A DNA stretch of 64,000 nucleotides, taken from assembly GCA_033764615.1 (NCBI GenBank), contig JANRIU010000064.1, positions 13,423 to 77,422 of the forward strand, in the 5' to 3' direction. Source of the stretch: Gemmatimonadales bacterium (GTDB taxonomy: Bacteria > Gemmatimonadota > Gemmatimonadetes > Gemmatimonadales > GWC2-71-9). Each line of letters starts with the position of its first letter. Positions within the stretch are counted from its first letter, which is position 1. Positions 8,666 through 18,347 of this stretch are shown here, in pieces. The notes beneath the pieces are model-generated. The model worked only from the letters and a program-made list of their open reading frames with translations. It had not been told where the DNA came from and ran no database searches. A program made the translations under genes and the position numbers.

Positions 8666-9163
8666 GGGCTCCGGAAAGTAGCGCCCGCCCCCAGCCCCCG
8701 GCCCCCCAAGGCAAAATCCCCCGCCCTCCGCTCGCGCGGTGACCGGGGGATTTCGGAGAGATACTTGCTTCCGGAGCCGGATTTCGGCGCCACCCCTCTC
8801 GGAGCAGCCACCTAGATCGATCGTCGGTGTGGCCTGGCCAGGGTTTCTTGCTCGACGGCGTAGCCGTCTTGCCTGCGGCCTGACCGGTCCACCCTCCCGG
8901 TGCTCCAGCGGCGTCGCGACCGCCGGCCCCTCTCCCGCGGGGCGTTCCCGCTCGAACCGTCGACTTGCGTCGCCGATTCTGAGGACCAACGTATCGCGCG
9001 CCGCTTGAAGCGAACATGAAGCAGCGGTGTCGTCGTTGTCCACGCATCGGGCGATTCCCAACACGCTATCCACAACCTTCTCGTCAGTCCGTCCACATCC
9101 GGCGACATCCGCGCGCCCGCAGCCCTTGGTGGAACGGTGTACCGGCGCTTTCTTTTGCGCCCC

Positions 9164-9715
9164 ATGAACGGACTCCATCTCTGGCACGACATCCCGGCCG
9201 GCCCCAGGCCGCCCGAGGAGCTCACGGCGGTCATCGAGATCCCCGGCGGCGGCAAGATGAAGTACGAGCTCGACAAGGAGCTCGGCGTCTTCCGGCTGGA
9301 CCGGGTGCTCCACTCCGCCGTCCACTATCCCGGCGACTACGGCTTCATCCCGCGCACGCTCGGCGATGACGGCGACCCGCTCGACGTCATCCTGATCATG
9401 GCGAACAGCACGTTCCCCGGGTGCCTGGTGGACGTCCGCCCCATCGGCGTCTTCCACCTGATCGACAAGGGCGCGGGCGACGAGAAGATCCTGGCCGTCG
9501 CGATCAGCGACCCGTACACGCGGGAGATCGTCGACCTCTCGAGCGTGCGCGCGCACAAGCTCAAGGAGATCGAGCACTTCTTCCAGGTCTACAAGGACCT
9601 CGAGGGGCACCGCACGGAGACGCGCGGCTTCGCGAATGCCGCCGAGGCCCGGCGGCTGATCGTGGAGGGGATGGAGCGGTACACCCGCAAGTTCGGCGGC
9701 CGCGCGCACGCCTGA
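9164..9715 (+). CDS. ppa: Inorganic pyrophosphatase, family I
   Basis: KYELDK, YPGDYGFIPRT, DGDPLD, DEKI, HFFQVYKDLE. Confidence 0.95.
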   Translation: MNGLHLWHDIPAGPRPPEELTAVIEIPGGGKMKYELDKELGVFRLDRVLHSAVHYPGDYGFIPRTLGDDGDPLDVILIMANSTFPGCLVDVRPIGVFHLIDKGAGDEKILAVAISDPYTREIVDLSSVRAHKLKEIEHFFQVYKDLEGHRTETRGFANAAEARRLIVEGMERYTRKFGGRAHA

Positions 9716-9745
9716 CCCGCGCGCGGCGCGCGGCCTGCCGCGCGC

Positions 9746-10519
9746 TCAGTCGTCGTCCCGCAGCGCCTTTGGCGGTCCCAGCACGTCCTGCAGCAGCACC
9801 GACCGGCGCAGCGACGCCCCGGTCAATCCCTCGCCCAGCAGGCTCGCGGGCGCGCGCACCGCCGTGCGGTCGGCGGGAGCCGCCGGCGTCGCGAGGACGC
9901 GGTGCGTGCCCGGTGCGGCGACCGGCACCTGCACCTGCCGGTGGAAGCGCTCATGCTCGCCCGTCGTGCGCCCCGCGAGCCGCGCCTCGGCGGCGGCCAG
10001 CCGCCGCCGCTCCGCCGCGAAGCTCTCGTCGTCGAGGTCCACGTCCACCCGCGTCCCGCGGTCGCTGTCGGTGCGCTCGAGCGATGCGCCCTCGAGGGTG
10101 ATCGCCTCGGGCTGGTCGATCGCCTCGTCGTCGAGCGCGGGCGGGAGGCGGCGGGACTGCGAGCCACGCCCGCCCAGCCCGACGGGCGCGGGTCGCGTCG
10201 CGTCATCCGTGCGTGCCTCGGCGCCGGCCTCCCGCTGCGCCGTCTCCAGCCCCCGCAGCAGCTGTTCGAGGAGCGTCCCCTCCTGCTGCGTGGCGGTGGT
10301 CGGCGCGGTCGATCCCGGCGGCGCCCCGGCCGACCACGGCTCGGGCGGCGACGGCGGCAGCTCGGGCACGCGGCGCTCGCCACGCGGCCTCGTGCGCTTC
10401 GCGCGCTCGGCCTGCTTCGCCCGCCCGATCGCCTCGCGGACCGTGTTGAACAGCCCCCAGAGGATCGCGAGGCCGAAGATCCACCCGCCCAGGTCGGCGC
10501 GGGACGGCACGTCGCTCAC
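9746..10519 (-). CDS. Hypothetical membrane-anchored protein, third gene of the nfeD-floA operon
   Basis: GTG overlapping the floA stop; N-terminal TM; C-terminal [18 protein letters not shown] motif typical of genes following floA. Confidence 0.7.
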   Translation of the reverse strand: MSDVPSRADLGGWIFGLAILWGLFNTVREAIGRAKQAERAKRTRPRGERRVPELPPSPPEPWSAGAPPGSTAPTTATQQEGTLLEQLLRGLETAQREAGAEARTDDATRPAPVGLGGRGSQSRRLPPALDDEAIDQPEAITLEGASLERTDSDRGTRVDVDLDDESFAAERRRLAAAEARLAGRTTGEHERFHRQVQVPVAAPGTHRVLATPAAPADRTAVRAPASLLGEGLTGASLRRSVLLQDVLGPPKALRDDD

Positions 10520-11526
10520 GCGCCCGCGCCGCCCTGCGCCTGCCCGCTGTTGTCGGTCGGCCCGGCGATCGACTGCCGCATCGACGTGTCGGCCTGGAGG
10601 TTCCGGTACTTCGCGAAGTCCATCACGCCCAGGTTGCCGCTGCGGAACGCATCGGCGATCGCGAGCGGCACCTGCGCCTCCGACTCGATCACCTTGGCGC
10701 GCATCTGCTGCGCCTCCGCCTTGAACTCCTGCTCCATCGCCACGGCGAGCGCGCGCCGCTCCTCCGCCTTCGCCTGCGCGATCCGCTTGTCCGCCTCGGC
10801 CTGGTCCGTCTGCAGCTCGGCGCCGATGTTCTTGCCGACGTCCACGTCGGCGATGTCGATCGACAGGATCTCGAACGCGGTGCCCGCGTCGAGCCCCTTC
10901 GCGAGCACCGTCTTGGAGATCATGTCGGGCTGCTCGAGCACCTTCTTGTGGCTCTCCGCCGAGCCGATCGTGCTCACGATCCCCTCGCCGACGCGCGCCA
11001 GGATCGTCTCCTCGCCCGCGCCGCCCACGAGGCGGTTGATGTTCGCGCGCACCGTCACGCGCGCCACCGCGAGCAGCTGGATGCCGTCCTTCGCCATCGC
11101 GGCGACCTTCGGCGTGGTGATCACCTTCGGGTTCACGCTCACCTGCACCGCCTCGAACACGTCGCGGCCGGCGAGGTCGATCGCGGTGGCCTGCTTGAAG
11201 TCGAGCGCGATGCCGGCCTTCTCCGCCGAGATCAGCGCGTTCACCACGCGGCTCACGTTGCCGCCGGAGAGGAAGTGCGACTCGAGCTGGTCGGCGCTCA
11301 GCGCGAGGCCGGCCTTGTGCGCGTTGATCAGCGGGTTCACGATGGCGCCGGGACTGACCTGCCGGAAGCGCATCAGGAAGAGCTGCATGAACGACACGCG
11401 CACGCCGGAGACGAACGCCTGGAACCACAGGCCGATCGGCACGAAGCGGAAGAAGACCGACAGCGCGATGAGGCCGAGGACGACCAGGACGAGCAGGATG
11501 CCGAGCGAGGTCTGGGACTGGTCCAT
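10516..11526 (-). CDS. floA: Flotillin-like protein FloA (YqfA)
   Basis: [56 protein letters not shown]. Confidence 0.95.
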   Translation of the reverse strand: MDQSQTSLGILLVLVVLGLIALSVFFRFVPIGLWFQAFVSGVRVSFMQLFLMRFRQVSPGAIVNPLINAHKAGLALSADQLESHFLSGGNVSRVVNALISAEKAGIALDFKQATAIDLAGRDVFEAVQVSVNPKVITTPKVAAMAKDGIQLLAVARVTVRANINRLVGGAGEETILARVGEGIVSTIGSAESHKKVLEQPDMISKTVLAKGLDAGTAFEILSIDIADVDVGKNIGAELQTDQAEADKRIAQAKAEERRALAVAMEQEFKAEAQQMRAKVIESEAQVPLAIADAFRSGNLGVMDFAKYRNLQADTSMRQSIAGPTDNSGQAQGGAGA

Positions 11527-11613
11527 GGGTGGGTCGGAAGCTCCGGTGGTCAGGGAAGGCGCGGCGGACGCGCGGATGGCGGAGGGTGCTCCGGACGGGC
11601 GCGCGGCCGGCGG

Positions 11614-12921
11614 TCAGCCGGCGGCGCGCACCACGTGGCGATACCCCTCCGACCGCACCACTTCCACCGCGGCGCCGTTCGAGACGTACTCGCCCTCGGT
11701 GACGACGTCGAGCCGTTCGCCCTCGACGGTGGCGGCGCCGCTCGGGCGCAGGTCGGTGACCGCGGTGCCGCGGCGGCCCACGAGGTCGGCCCGCGGGAGG
11801 GCCGCGACGAAGCCGTCCTCCGCGCGTGCCGTGTCGAGCAGGAGCGCGCGGCGGAAGCGGTCGCTGTTCGGCAGGTGCCGCAGCCACGCGATGAAGACGC
11901 CGAGGGTGAACAGCAGGCTCACGCCAAGGATGCCGACCGCCTGCATCAGCTCGCCCATCGCGGGGGCCGGGCCGGTCATCGCGAGGATCACGGCGCCCGT
12001 GATCGATGCGATGCCGATGAGCCCCGCTATCCCGAAGCCCGGCAGGACGAACAGCTCCAGCACCAGCGCCAGCAGGCCGACGCCGAGGAGGATCAGCTCC
12101 TCCCACCCCGCGAGGCCGAGCACCCAGCTCGAGCCGAAGAAGAGCCCGAGCGACGTGACCGACAGCATGCCGCCGAGGCCGAACGCGCCGGCCTTGATCT
12201 CCATGACGAGGCCGATCATGCCGAGCGAGAGGAGCAGCGGCGAGACCGCGGGATGCGTGAGGAAGCGCACGATCTTCTCGGCCCAGTTGACCGGCACGTC
12301 CACCACCGTCGCGCCCGGCTGGCCGATCGCCGCGAGCAGCGCGGCCTCGTCGGCCGCCTCGCCGCGCGCGACGCCGAGCCGCACCGCCTCGGCCGCCGAG
12401 AGCGTCAGCAGCTTCCCCTTCGGCTTCACGCCCGGCAGCTCGACGTCCTCGTCCACCATCGCCTCGGCGAGCCGCGGGTCGAGCCCCCGCTGCTCGGCGA
12501 GCGCGCGGAACTCGGCCCGCATCGCCGAGACGATCTTCTCCGGGGCGCGCTGCCCTTCGCCGAGCACCGGCGTCGCCGCGCCGATGATGCCGCCCGGCGC
12601 GATGTGCACGTCCCGCGCGGCCAGCGCGATCATGGCGCCCGCCGAGAGCGCGCGCGGATGCACCCAGGCGTGCACCGGCACCGGCGACGCGCGCACCGCG
12701 TCCACGATGCGCTGCGCCGCGTCGACGCGGCCCCCCGGGGTGTCGAGGTCGAGCACGACGGCGGCGGCGCCCTGCGCCTTCGCCTCCGCGAGCCCGCGGA
12801 TGATGTAGGGGGCGAGGCCGTTCTCGATCACGCCCGTCACCGTGAGGCGGTGGACGGGAGACTGGGCCGTGAGGGTGACGGGCAGGAGGAGCAGGACAGC
12901 GAGACAGCGAGCCGGACGCAC
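11614..12921 (-). CDS. nfeD: NfeD-family membrane-bound serine protease
   Basis: Signal peptide, LDTPGG, ALSAGA, TM bundle, C-terminal OB fold TDLRPSG; upstream of floA. Start approximate. Confidence 0.9.
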   Translation of the reverse strand: MRPARCLAVLLLLPVTLTAQSPVHRLTVTGVIENGLAPYIIRGLAEAKAQGAAAVVLDLDTPGGRVDAAQRIVDAVRASPVPVHAWVHPRALSAGAMIALAARDVHIAPGGIIGAATPVLGEGQRAPEKIVSAMRAEFRALAEQRGLDPRLAEAMVDEDVELPGVKPKGKLLTLSAAEAVRLGVARGEAADEAALLAAIGQPGATVVDVPVNWAEKIVRFLTHPAVSPLLLSLGMIGLVMEIKAGAFGLGGMLSVTSLGLFFGSSWVLGLAGWEELILLGVGLLALVLELFVLPGFGIAGLIGIASITGAVILAMTGPAPAMGELMQAVGILGVSLLFTLGVFIAWLRHLPNSDRFRRALLLDTARAEDGFVAALPRADLVGRRGTAVTDLRPSGAATVEGERLDVVTEGEYVSNGAAVEVVRSEGYRHVVRAAG

Positions 12922-12998
12922 GAGATGCCTATCCCGAACGAGATGCCAGCAATGTAGCGCGAAAGGGCCGCGCGAGTGCGCGGCCCCGGACCCGCCCG

Positions 12999-13508
12999 CT
13001 AGTCGCGCCCCCGCCCCACCCGGGCGCCGGGCCGGTCGAGCCCCCGCCGCTCGCGCAGCTCCTGGATGCGCTTCCCCAGCTGCTCGCGCATCTGGAAGAA
13101 CTGCGCGCGCTGCACCGGGTTCAGGAAGTCCATGCGCGACTGCTCGTCCCGGAACGACTGGAGGTATCGCTCCTTGAGGTCGAGCAGCCGCTCCTGCAGC
13201 TGCTGCACCTGCTTCTGGTCGGCGGTGCCGCCGGGCCGGAGCTGCTCGGCGAGCTGCGCCTTCACGAAGCGCTCCTCCGCCTCCATGGTCCGGCGCCGCG
13301 CGCCGAACTCGCCGGTGAGCTGGCGCAGGCGCTGAAGCTGGTCGTCGTTGAGGCCGAGCCGCTCCTTCACCCGCTCGGCGAAGCGCTGCTCGATGAGCTG
13401 CTGCAGCACCGCGGCACGCTCGGGGTCGGCCGGCGGCGCCGCCTCCTGCGCCCGCGCGGGGGCGGCGGCGAGCGCGGCGACGAGCGCGCACAGCGCGAAC
13501 CGCCGCAT
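12999..13508 (-). CDS. Periplasmic Spy/CpxP-like helical protein
   Basis: Signal peptide; LGLNDDQ...LNPVQRAQF helical motifs; follows the sigma/anti-sigma pair. Confidence 0.7.
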   Translation of the reverse strand: MRRFALCALVAALAAAPARAQEAAPPADPERAAVLQQLIEQRFAERVKERLGLNDDQLQRLRQLTGEFGARRRTMEAEERFVKAQLAEQLRPGGTADQKQVQQLQERLLDLKERYLQSFRDEQSRMDFLNPVQRAQFFQMREQLGKRIQELRERRGLDRPGARVGRGRD

Positions 13509-14041
13509 CAGCCGCCCACCTGCTGCAGCACCTGCTGGATCTCGCGCTCATCGAGCTCGCGCGGCACGCGCGTCTCGGCCTCCGGCACGGTGGCCGAGAG
13601 GCCGTCGACCGCCTCGAGCACGAGCGCCAGGTCGGCCGCGGGAAGCCCCTCCAGCTCGGGCAGCGCGCGCGCGGCAACGACGGGCGCAGGCGAGGGCGCG
13701 GGGCCGCCGGCCGGCACCAGCACCAGCAGGAGCGACGCCGCGAGCGCCGCGGCGCTCCCCCAGCCGATCACGAGCCGGCGCGTGCGCTCCGCCCGCCGCT
13801 CGGCCTGCACGCGGGCAAGCACCCGCAGCGCGGTGAAGGCCGGCTCCGCGGCGGGCGGCGCCGCCGCAAGCACCCGCTCGGCCGCATCCAGCACCGGCGC
13901 CTCCTCCCGGAGCCGCGCCAGCACCTCGCCGGCGACGGCGTCCGCGTCCGGCCGCGGCGCGCGCGCCAGCACCGCGCGCGCGGCGTCCAGCACGGCCCGC
14001 TCGTCCTCGGCGGAGATGGGGGGGAGATGGTCGGTGCTCAT
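13508..14041 (-). CDS. Putative single-TM anti-sigma factor
   Basis: ATG overlaps the sigma stop; one TM segment (WGSAAALAASLLLVL). Confidence 0.65.
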   Translation of the reverse strand: MSTDHLPPISAEDERAVLDAARAVLARAPRPDADAVAGEVLARLREEAPVLDAAERVLAAAPPAAEPAFTALRVLARVQAERRAERTRRLVIGWGSAAALAASLLLVLVPAGGPAPSPAPVVAARALPELEGLPAADLALVLEAVDGLSATVPEAETRVPRELDEREIQQVLQQVGG

Positions 14042-14577
14042 GCCACGGACTCCTTGAGCCGCTTCACGGCGTGATGGTAATGGACCCGGGCCGCGCCGGG
14101 CGTCGTGCCGAGGGCGGCGGCGATCTCCTCGTAGCTGCCCCCCTCCTGCACCCGCAGCAGGAAGACTTCGCGCTGCAGCCGCGGCAGCGTCGCGATCGCG
14201 GCGCGCATCCGCGCCTCGGCCTCGTTCGCCTCCACTTCGCCGCCGGGGTCGTCGGTCGTGGCGAAGTCCCGGTCCTCGATCGGCAGCAGCGTCTTCCCCT
14301 TCCGCCGGCGGAGGCTGTCCTTCAGCAGGTTGCCGGCGATCGTGAAGAGCCAGCTGCGGAACGACGCATCGCCCCGCCACCCGTCGATCCGCCGGAACGC
14401 GCGGAAGAACGCCTCCTGCACCAGGTCGTCAAGGTCGGAGCCGTCGGCACCCGACGCGTACAGGAAGCGGCTGAGCGCCTCGGCGTGCCGGCGGACGAGC
14501 TGCGTGGCCGCGGCTTCGTCCCCGCGCCGCCACGCTGCCGCAAGTTCGCTGTCCGCAACGGCTTCGGCGTCAGTCAT
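14038..14577 (-). CDS. ECF RNA polymerase sigma factor
   Basis: DDLVQEAF, FRSWLFTIAGN (region 2); LPRLQREVFLL...SYEEIAAALG (region 4). Confidence 0.93.
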   Translation of the reverse strand: MTDAEAVADSELAAAWRRGDEAAATQLVRRHAEALSRFLYASGADGSDLDDLVQEAFFRAFRRIDGWRGDASFRSWLFTIAGNLLKDSLRRRKGKTLLPIEDRDFATTDDPGGEVEANEAEARMRAAIATLPRLQREVFLLRVQEGGSYEEIAAALGTTPGAARVHYHHAVKRLKESVA

Positions 14578-14628
14578 GACGGTCACAGGGGGGAGACGGG
14601 GGGCGAATGCGGATGTTAACCTTGCGCC

Positions 14629-15312
14629 ATGCCCGCCCCGCCCCGCGTCCTCGCCCACCGAGGCGCCTCCGGCCACGCGCACGAGAACAGCCTCGCCGCC
14701 TTCCGGACCGCCCGGGCGCTCGGCAGCGACGGCGTGGAGCTGGACGTGCACACGACGGCCGACGGGCGCCTCGTCGTGACGCACGACTTCGCGTTCGGCG
14801 GGCTCGGACCGATCAGCGAAAGGACGCTGGCCGAGCTCCGCGCGGTGCCGCTGCCGAACGGGGAGGCGCTCCCCGAGCTCGCCGACGCACTGGCCGCCTG
14901 CGGCGACCTCGAGGTCTGGGTGGAACTCAAGGCGCTCCCGCCGTCCGCGGATGCGGCCCTGCTCGCCGCGCTCGCCGCAGGCCCCGCTCCGGCACGGTAT
15001 GCCGTGCACAGCTTCGATCACCGCATCGTCCGCCGCGTGGCCGCCGCCGCCGGCGGTGCGCTGCCGATCGGCGTGCTGCAGGCGTCGTACCCCCTCGACC
15101 CCGTGCGGGTGGCCCGCGAGACGGGCGCGGGCGCGCTGTGGCAGGAGGCGCACCTGATCGACGCCGAGCTCGTCGACGCGGCGCATGGCGCCGGCATCGA
15201 GGTGATCGCGTGGACGGTGAACGATCCCTCGCGGGCCGCGGCGCTCGCGGCGCTCGGCGTCGACGCGCTCTGCGGCAACTGGCCCGAGCGGCTCGGTGCG
15301 CGGGCGCGTTGA
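14629..15312 (+). CDS. Glycerophosphodiester phosphodiesterase
   Basis: AHRGASG, ENSLAAF, VELDV, WTVND. Confidence 0.92.
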   Translation: MPAPPRVLAHRGASGHAHENSLAAFRTARALGSDGVELDVHTTADGRLVVTHDFAFGGLGPISERTLAELRAVPLPNGEALPELADALAACGDLEVWVELKALPPSADAALLAALAAGPAPARYAVHSFDHRIVRRVAAAAGGALPIGVLQASYPLDPVRVARETGAGALWQEAHLIDAELVDAAHGAGIEVIAWTVNDPSRAAALAALGVDALCGNWPERLGARAR

Positions 15313-15446
15313 GCCCGCGGCGCCGCGACGGGATCGCGAGGCAGGTGCTCCGCGGGCACGACGCGCGCAGCGTCCGCGTCCCCGCTTACCTTGGGAGACG
15401 CGGCGCCGACGCGGCGCCGCCGCCCTCCATCCCGAGGAGAATCGTC

Positions 15447-16919
15447 GTGCTCCACCGCCGTGCGGGCCGCGCGCCCGTGCTCGTCCTGGGGCTGGCCGTC
15501 GCGTCCGCGACGCTGCTCCAGGCGCAGGATCCGAAGCGGGTGCCGCCCGCACAGGGCGCCGCCCCGCCGGCCACGCCCGCGCCCGCCGCGGCGCCGTCCG
15601 GTCCGCAGCCGTTCACCGACACGCTCTCGTTCGACCGGCCGCAGTACCCGTCGACCTACCAGCGCCGCCCGTACCCGGCCGTGCTCATCCGCAACGCGAC
15701 GGTGCTCACCGCCGCGGGCCCCGAGCAGCCCGGGACCGACGTGCTCTTCGCCGACGGCGTCATCCGCGGCATCGGCAAGCGGCTCGCGGCGCCCGACGGC
15801 GCGCGCGTGATCGACGGCACGGGCAAGTACGTGACGCCCGGCATCATCGACACGCACAGCCACCTTGGCGTGTACGCGGCGCCGGGCACGCAGGCCGAGA
15901 GCGACGGCAACGAGGCGACGAGCCCCGTCACCGCCGAGGTGTGGGCCGAGCACTCGATCTGGCCGCAGGACCCCCAGCTGCCGCTGGCGGTGGCGGGCGG
16001 CGTCACGATGGCGCAGATCCTCCCCGGCTCCGCCAACCTGATCGGCGGCCGCAGCGCCACGATCCGGCTGGTGCCGTCGCGCACCGTGCAGGAGATGAAG
16101 GTGCCGGGCGCGCCGTACGGCGTGAAGATGGCGTGCGGCGAGAACCCGAAGCGCGTCTACCAGCAGCGCGGCCCGTCCACCCGCATGGGGAACATGGCCG
16201 GCTATCGCGCCGCCTTCCTCGATGCGGAGCGGTACCGCCTCCAGTGGGACAAGTGGCGCAAGGAGCGGAAGGGCGACCCGCCGACGCGCACGCTCCGCAG
16301 CGAGACGCTCGCCGAGGTGCTGCGCGGGAACATCCTGGTGCACATGCACTGCTACCGCGCCGACGAGATGGCGCAGGCGCTCGACCTCGCACGTGAGTTC
16401 GGCTTCACGATCCGCTCGTTCCACCACGGCGTGGAGGCGTACAAGGTCGCCGACCTGCTCGCGAAGGCGGGCACCTCGGCGTCGGTGTGGGCCGACTGGT
16501 GGGGCTTCAAGATGGAGAGCTTCGACGGGATCCTGGAGAACGCCGCGCTGGTCCACCAGGCGGGCGCGCGCGCCATCATCCACTCCGACAGCCCGGACGG
16601 CATCCAGCACCTGAACATGGAGGCCGCGAAGGCGCTCTACGCGGGCCAGCGCGCCGGCATCGCCGTGACGCGCGAGGACGCGATCCGCTGGATCACGCTC
16701 AACCCGGCCTGGGCGCTCGGCCTCGACCGGGAGACGGGCTCGCTCGAACCCGGCAAGAAGGCCGACGTCGTGCTCTGGTCGGCCGATCCGTTCTCGGTGT
16801 ATGCCAGGGCGGAACAGGTCTTCAACGAGGGGTGGCTCGTGTTCGATCGCTCGGAGCAGCCGATCCGGTTCCGGACGGATTTCCACCTCGGACAGGGCGA
16901 GCCGGGGGTGGGACGGTGA
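15447..16919 (+). CDS. Secreted metal-dependent amidohydrolase
   Basis: GAGGAG RBS + GTG; signal peptide; PGIIDTHSH, KMACGENP, HSD, GSLEPGKKADVVLW. Confidence 0.9.
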   Translation: MLHRRAGRAPVLVLGLAVASATLLQAQDPKRVPPAQGAAPPATPAPAAAPSGPQPFTDTLSFDRPQYPSTYQRRPYPAVLIRNATVLTAAGPEQPGTDVLFADGVIRGIGKRLAAPDGARVIDGTGKYVTPGIIDTHSHLGVYAAPGTQAESDGNEATSPVTAEVWAEHSIWPQDPQLPLAVAGGVTMAQILPGSANLIGGRSATIRLVPSRTVQEMKVPGAPYGVKMACGENPKRVYQQRGPSTRMGNMAGYRAAFLDAERYRLQWDKWRKERKGDPPTRTLRSETLAEVLRGNILVHMHCYRADEMAQALDLAREFGFTIRSFHHGVEAYKVADLLAKAGTSASVWADWWGFKMESFDGILENAALVHQAGARAIIHSDSPDGIQHLNMEAAKALYAGQRAGIAVTREDAIRWITLNPAWALGLDRETGSLEPGKKADVVLWSADPFSVYARAEQVFNEGWLVFDRSEQPIRFRTDFHLGQGEPGVGR

Positions 16920-18280
16920 GGGCGCGGGTGCGGAGCACCCGCGCGGCGGACGGGCGGACGGGCGGTCAGGCGGACCGGGGCATGCGTGCGGCGACCCTTC
17001 TGGCCGCCCTGCTCCTGTGCCAGTCCGCCAGTCCGCCCGTCCGCCTGTCCGCGCAGGGCGTCGCGCTGACCGGCGCCACCGTGCACACGGTGAGTGGCGC
17101 GAAGGTGGAGGGGGCGACGGTGCTGCTGCGCAACGGCCTCGTCGAGGCGGTCGGGGCGGGCGTGTCGGTGCCGTCGGGATACGCGGTGCTCGACGTTGCC
17201 GGCAAGGTGATCACGCCGGGGCTCGTGCACGCGAGCGCGGGCGTCGGCGCCGGCGTCGGCAACGACCAGGGCTCGATGGACGCGGGCGACCAGGACGGCG
17301 AGCACACCGCCATCCAGGGCACCTCCGACGACACGAAGCAGGGCGACGTGAACCCGTCGTTCAGCGTCGCCGACGGGATCGACCCGTACGCGGTGAACAT
17401 CCCGGTGGCGCGGATGGGCGGCATCACGACCGCACTCGTCACGCCGGGCGGCCGCTTCGTGAACGGGCGCGGGGCGTGGGTCTCGCTCTTCGGCACCCGC
17501 CTCGACGACGTGCTCGTGCGCCGCGACGGCGCGCTCATCGTCGACCTCTCCGCGGGCGCGCGGCAGGCCGGCGGCGGCTCGCGCGCCGGCGCGATGCAGC
17601 GCTTCAAGGGGCTGCTGCGCGATGCGCTCGTGTGGGAGAAGCGCCGCCTCGAGTACGAGCAGAACCGCATCCGCCCCCTCGCCGCCCCCGGCGACGAGCT
17701 GGAGGCGCTGCTCCCCGCGCTCAAGGGGAGGCTCCCGGTGTTCGTCACGGCGAAGCGCGCAGCCGACATCGACGGCGTGCTCCGGCTCAAGCGCGAGTTC
17801 CCCGCCCTGCGGCTCATCCTCCGCGAGGGGGACGAGGCGTGGGTGCACGCGAAGGCGATCGCGGCGGCCGGGATCCCGGTCGCCCTCAACGCGCGCGACG
17901 ACATCCCGAGCTTCGACGGCGTGCGGCCGCGGCTCGACAACGCGGCGCTGCTGCACGCGGCGGGGGTGAAGGTGATCATCGCCGGCGGCGACCCCGGCGG
18001 CGAGCGGAACCTGCGCCACAACGCCGGCTTCGCGGTGCGCGCCGGCCTGCCGTGGGAGGCCGCGCTCCGCGCCATCACGCTGGAGCCGGCGCTCGCGTTC
18101 GGCCTCGAGCGGCGCGGTGCGCTCGAGAAGGGCGCGGTGGCCGACCTGGTGGTGTGGAGCGGCGATCCGTTCGAGTTCTCGAGCGCCGCGGAGCGGGTCT
18201 TCGTGCGCGGCGTCGAGGTGCCGATGACGAGCCGCATGACGGAACTGCGCGACCGCTACCGGCGCCTGCCGCCGCCGTAA
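16916..18280 (+). CDS. Secreted amidohydrolase-family protein with degenerate metal site
   Basis: GTGA coupling (alternative ATG 16982); ITPGLVHAS replaces HxH; GALEKGAVADLVVWSGDPF. Confidence 0.85.
   Translation: MRARVRSTRAADGRTGGQADRGMRAATLLAALLLCQSASPPVRLSAQGVALTGATVHTVSGAKVEGATVLLRNGLVEAVGAGVSVPSGYAVLDVAGKVITPGLVHASAGVGAGVGNDQGSMDAGDQDGEHTAIQGTSDDTKQGDVNPSFSVADGIDPYAVNIPVARMGGITTALVTPGGRFVNGRGAWVSLFGTRLDDVLVRRDGALIVDLSAGARQAGGGSRAGAMQRFKGLLRDALVWEKRRLEYEQNRIRPLAAPGDELEALLPALKGRLPVFVTAKRAADIDGVLRLKREFPALRLILREGDEAWVHAKAIAAAGIPVALNARDDIPSFDGVRPRLDNAALLHAAGVKVIIAGGDPGGERNLRHNAGFAVRAGLPWEAALRAITLEPALAFGLERRGALEKGAVADLVVWSGDPFEFSSAAERVFVRGVEVPMTSRMTELRDRYRRLPPP
16945..17052. repeat. GGCGGACG octamer array plus inverted array, inside a gene 5' end
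   Basis: Four units at 16945-16975 and four reverse-complement units at 17023-17052. Confidence 0.8.
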
Positions 18281-18347
18281 CCCCGACCGGCCCCCGGGTG
18301 ACGGCGTCGCGCGTCCCGCGCGGCGCCGTTGCACGTCGGCCCGCCCG

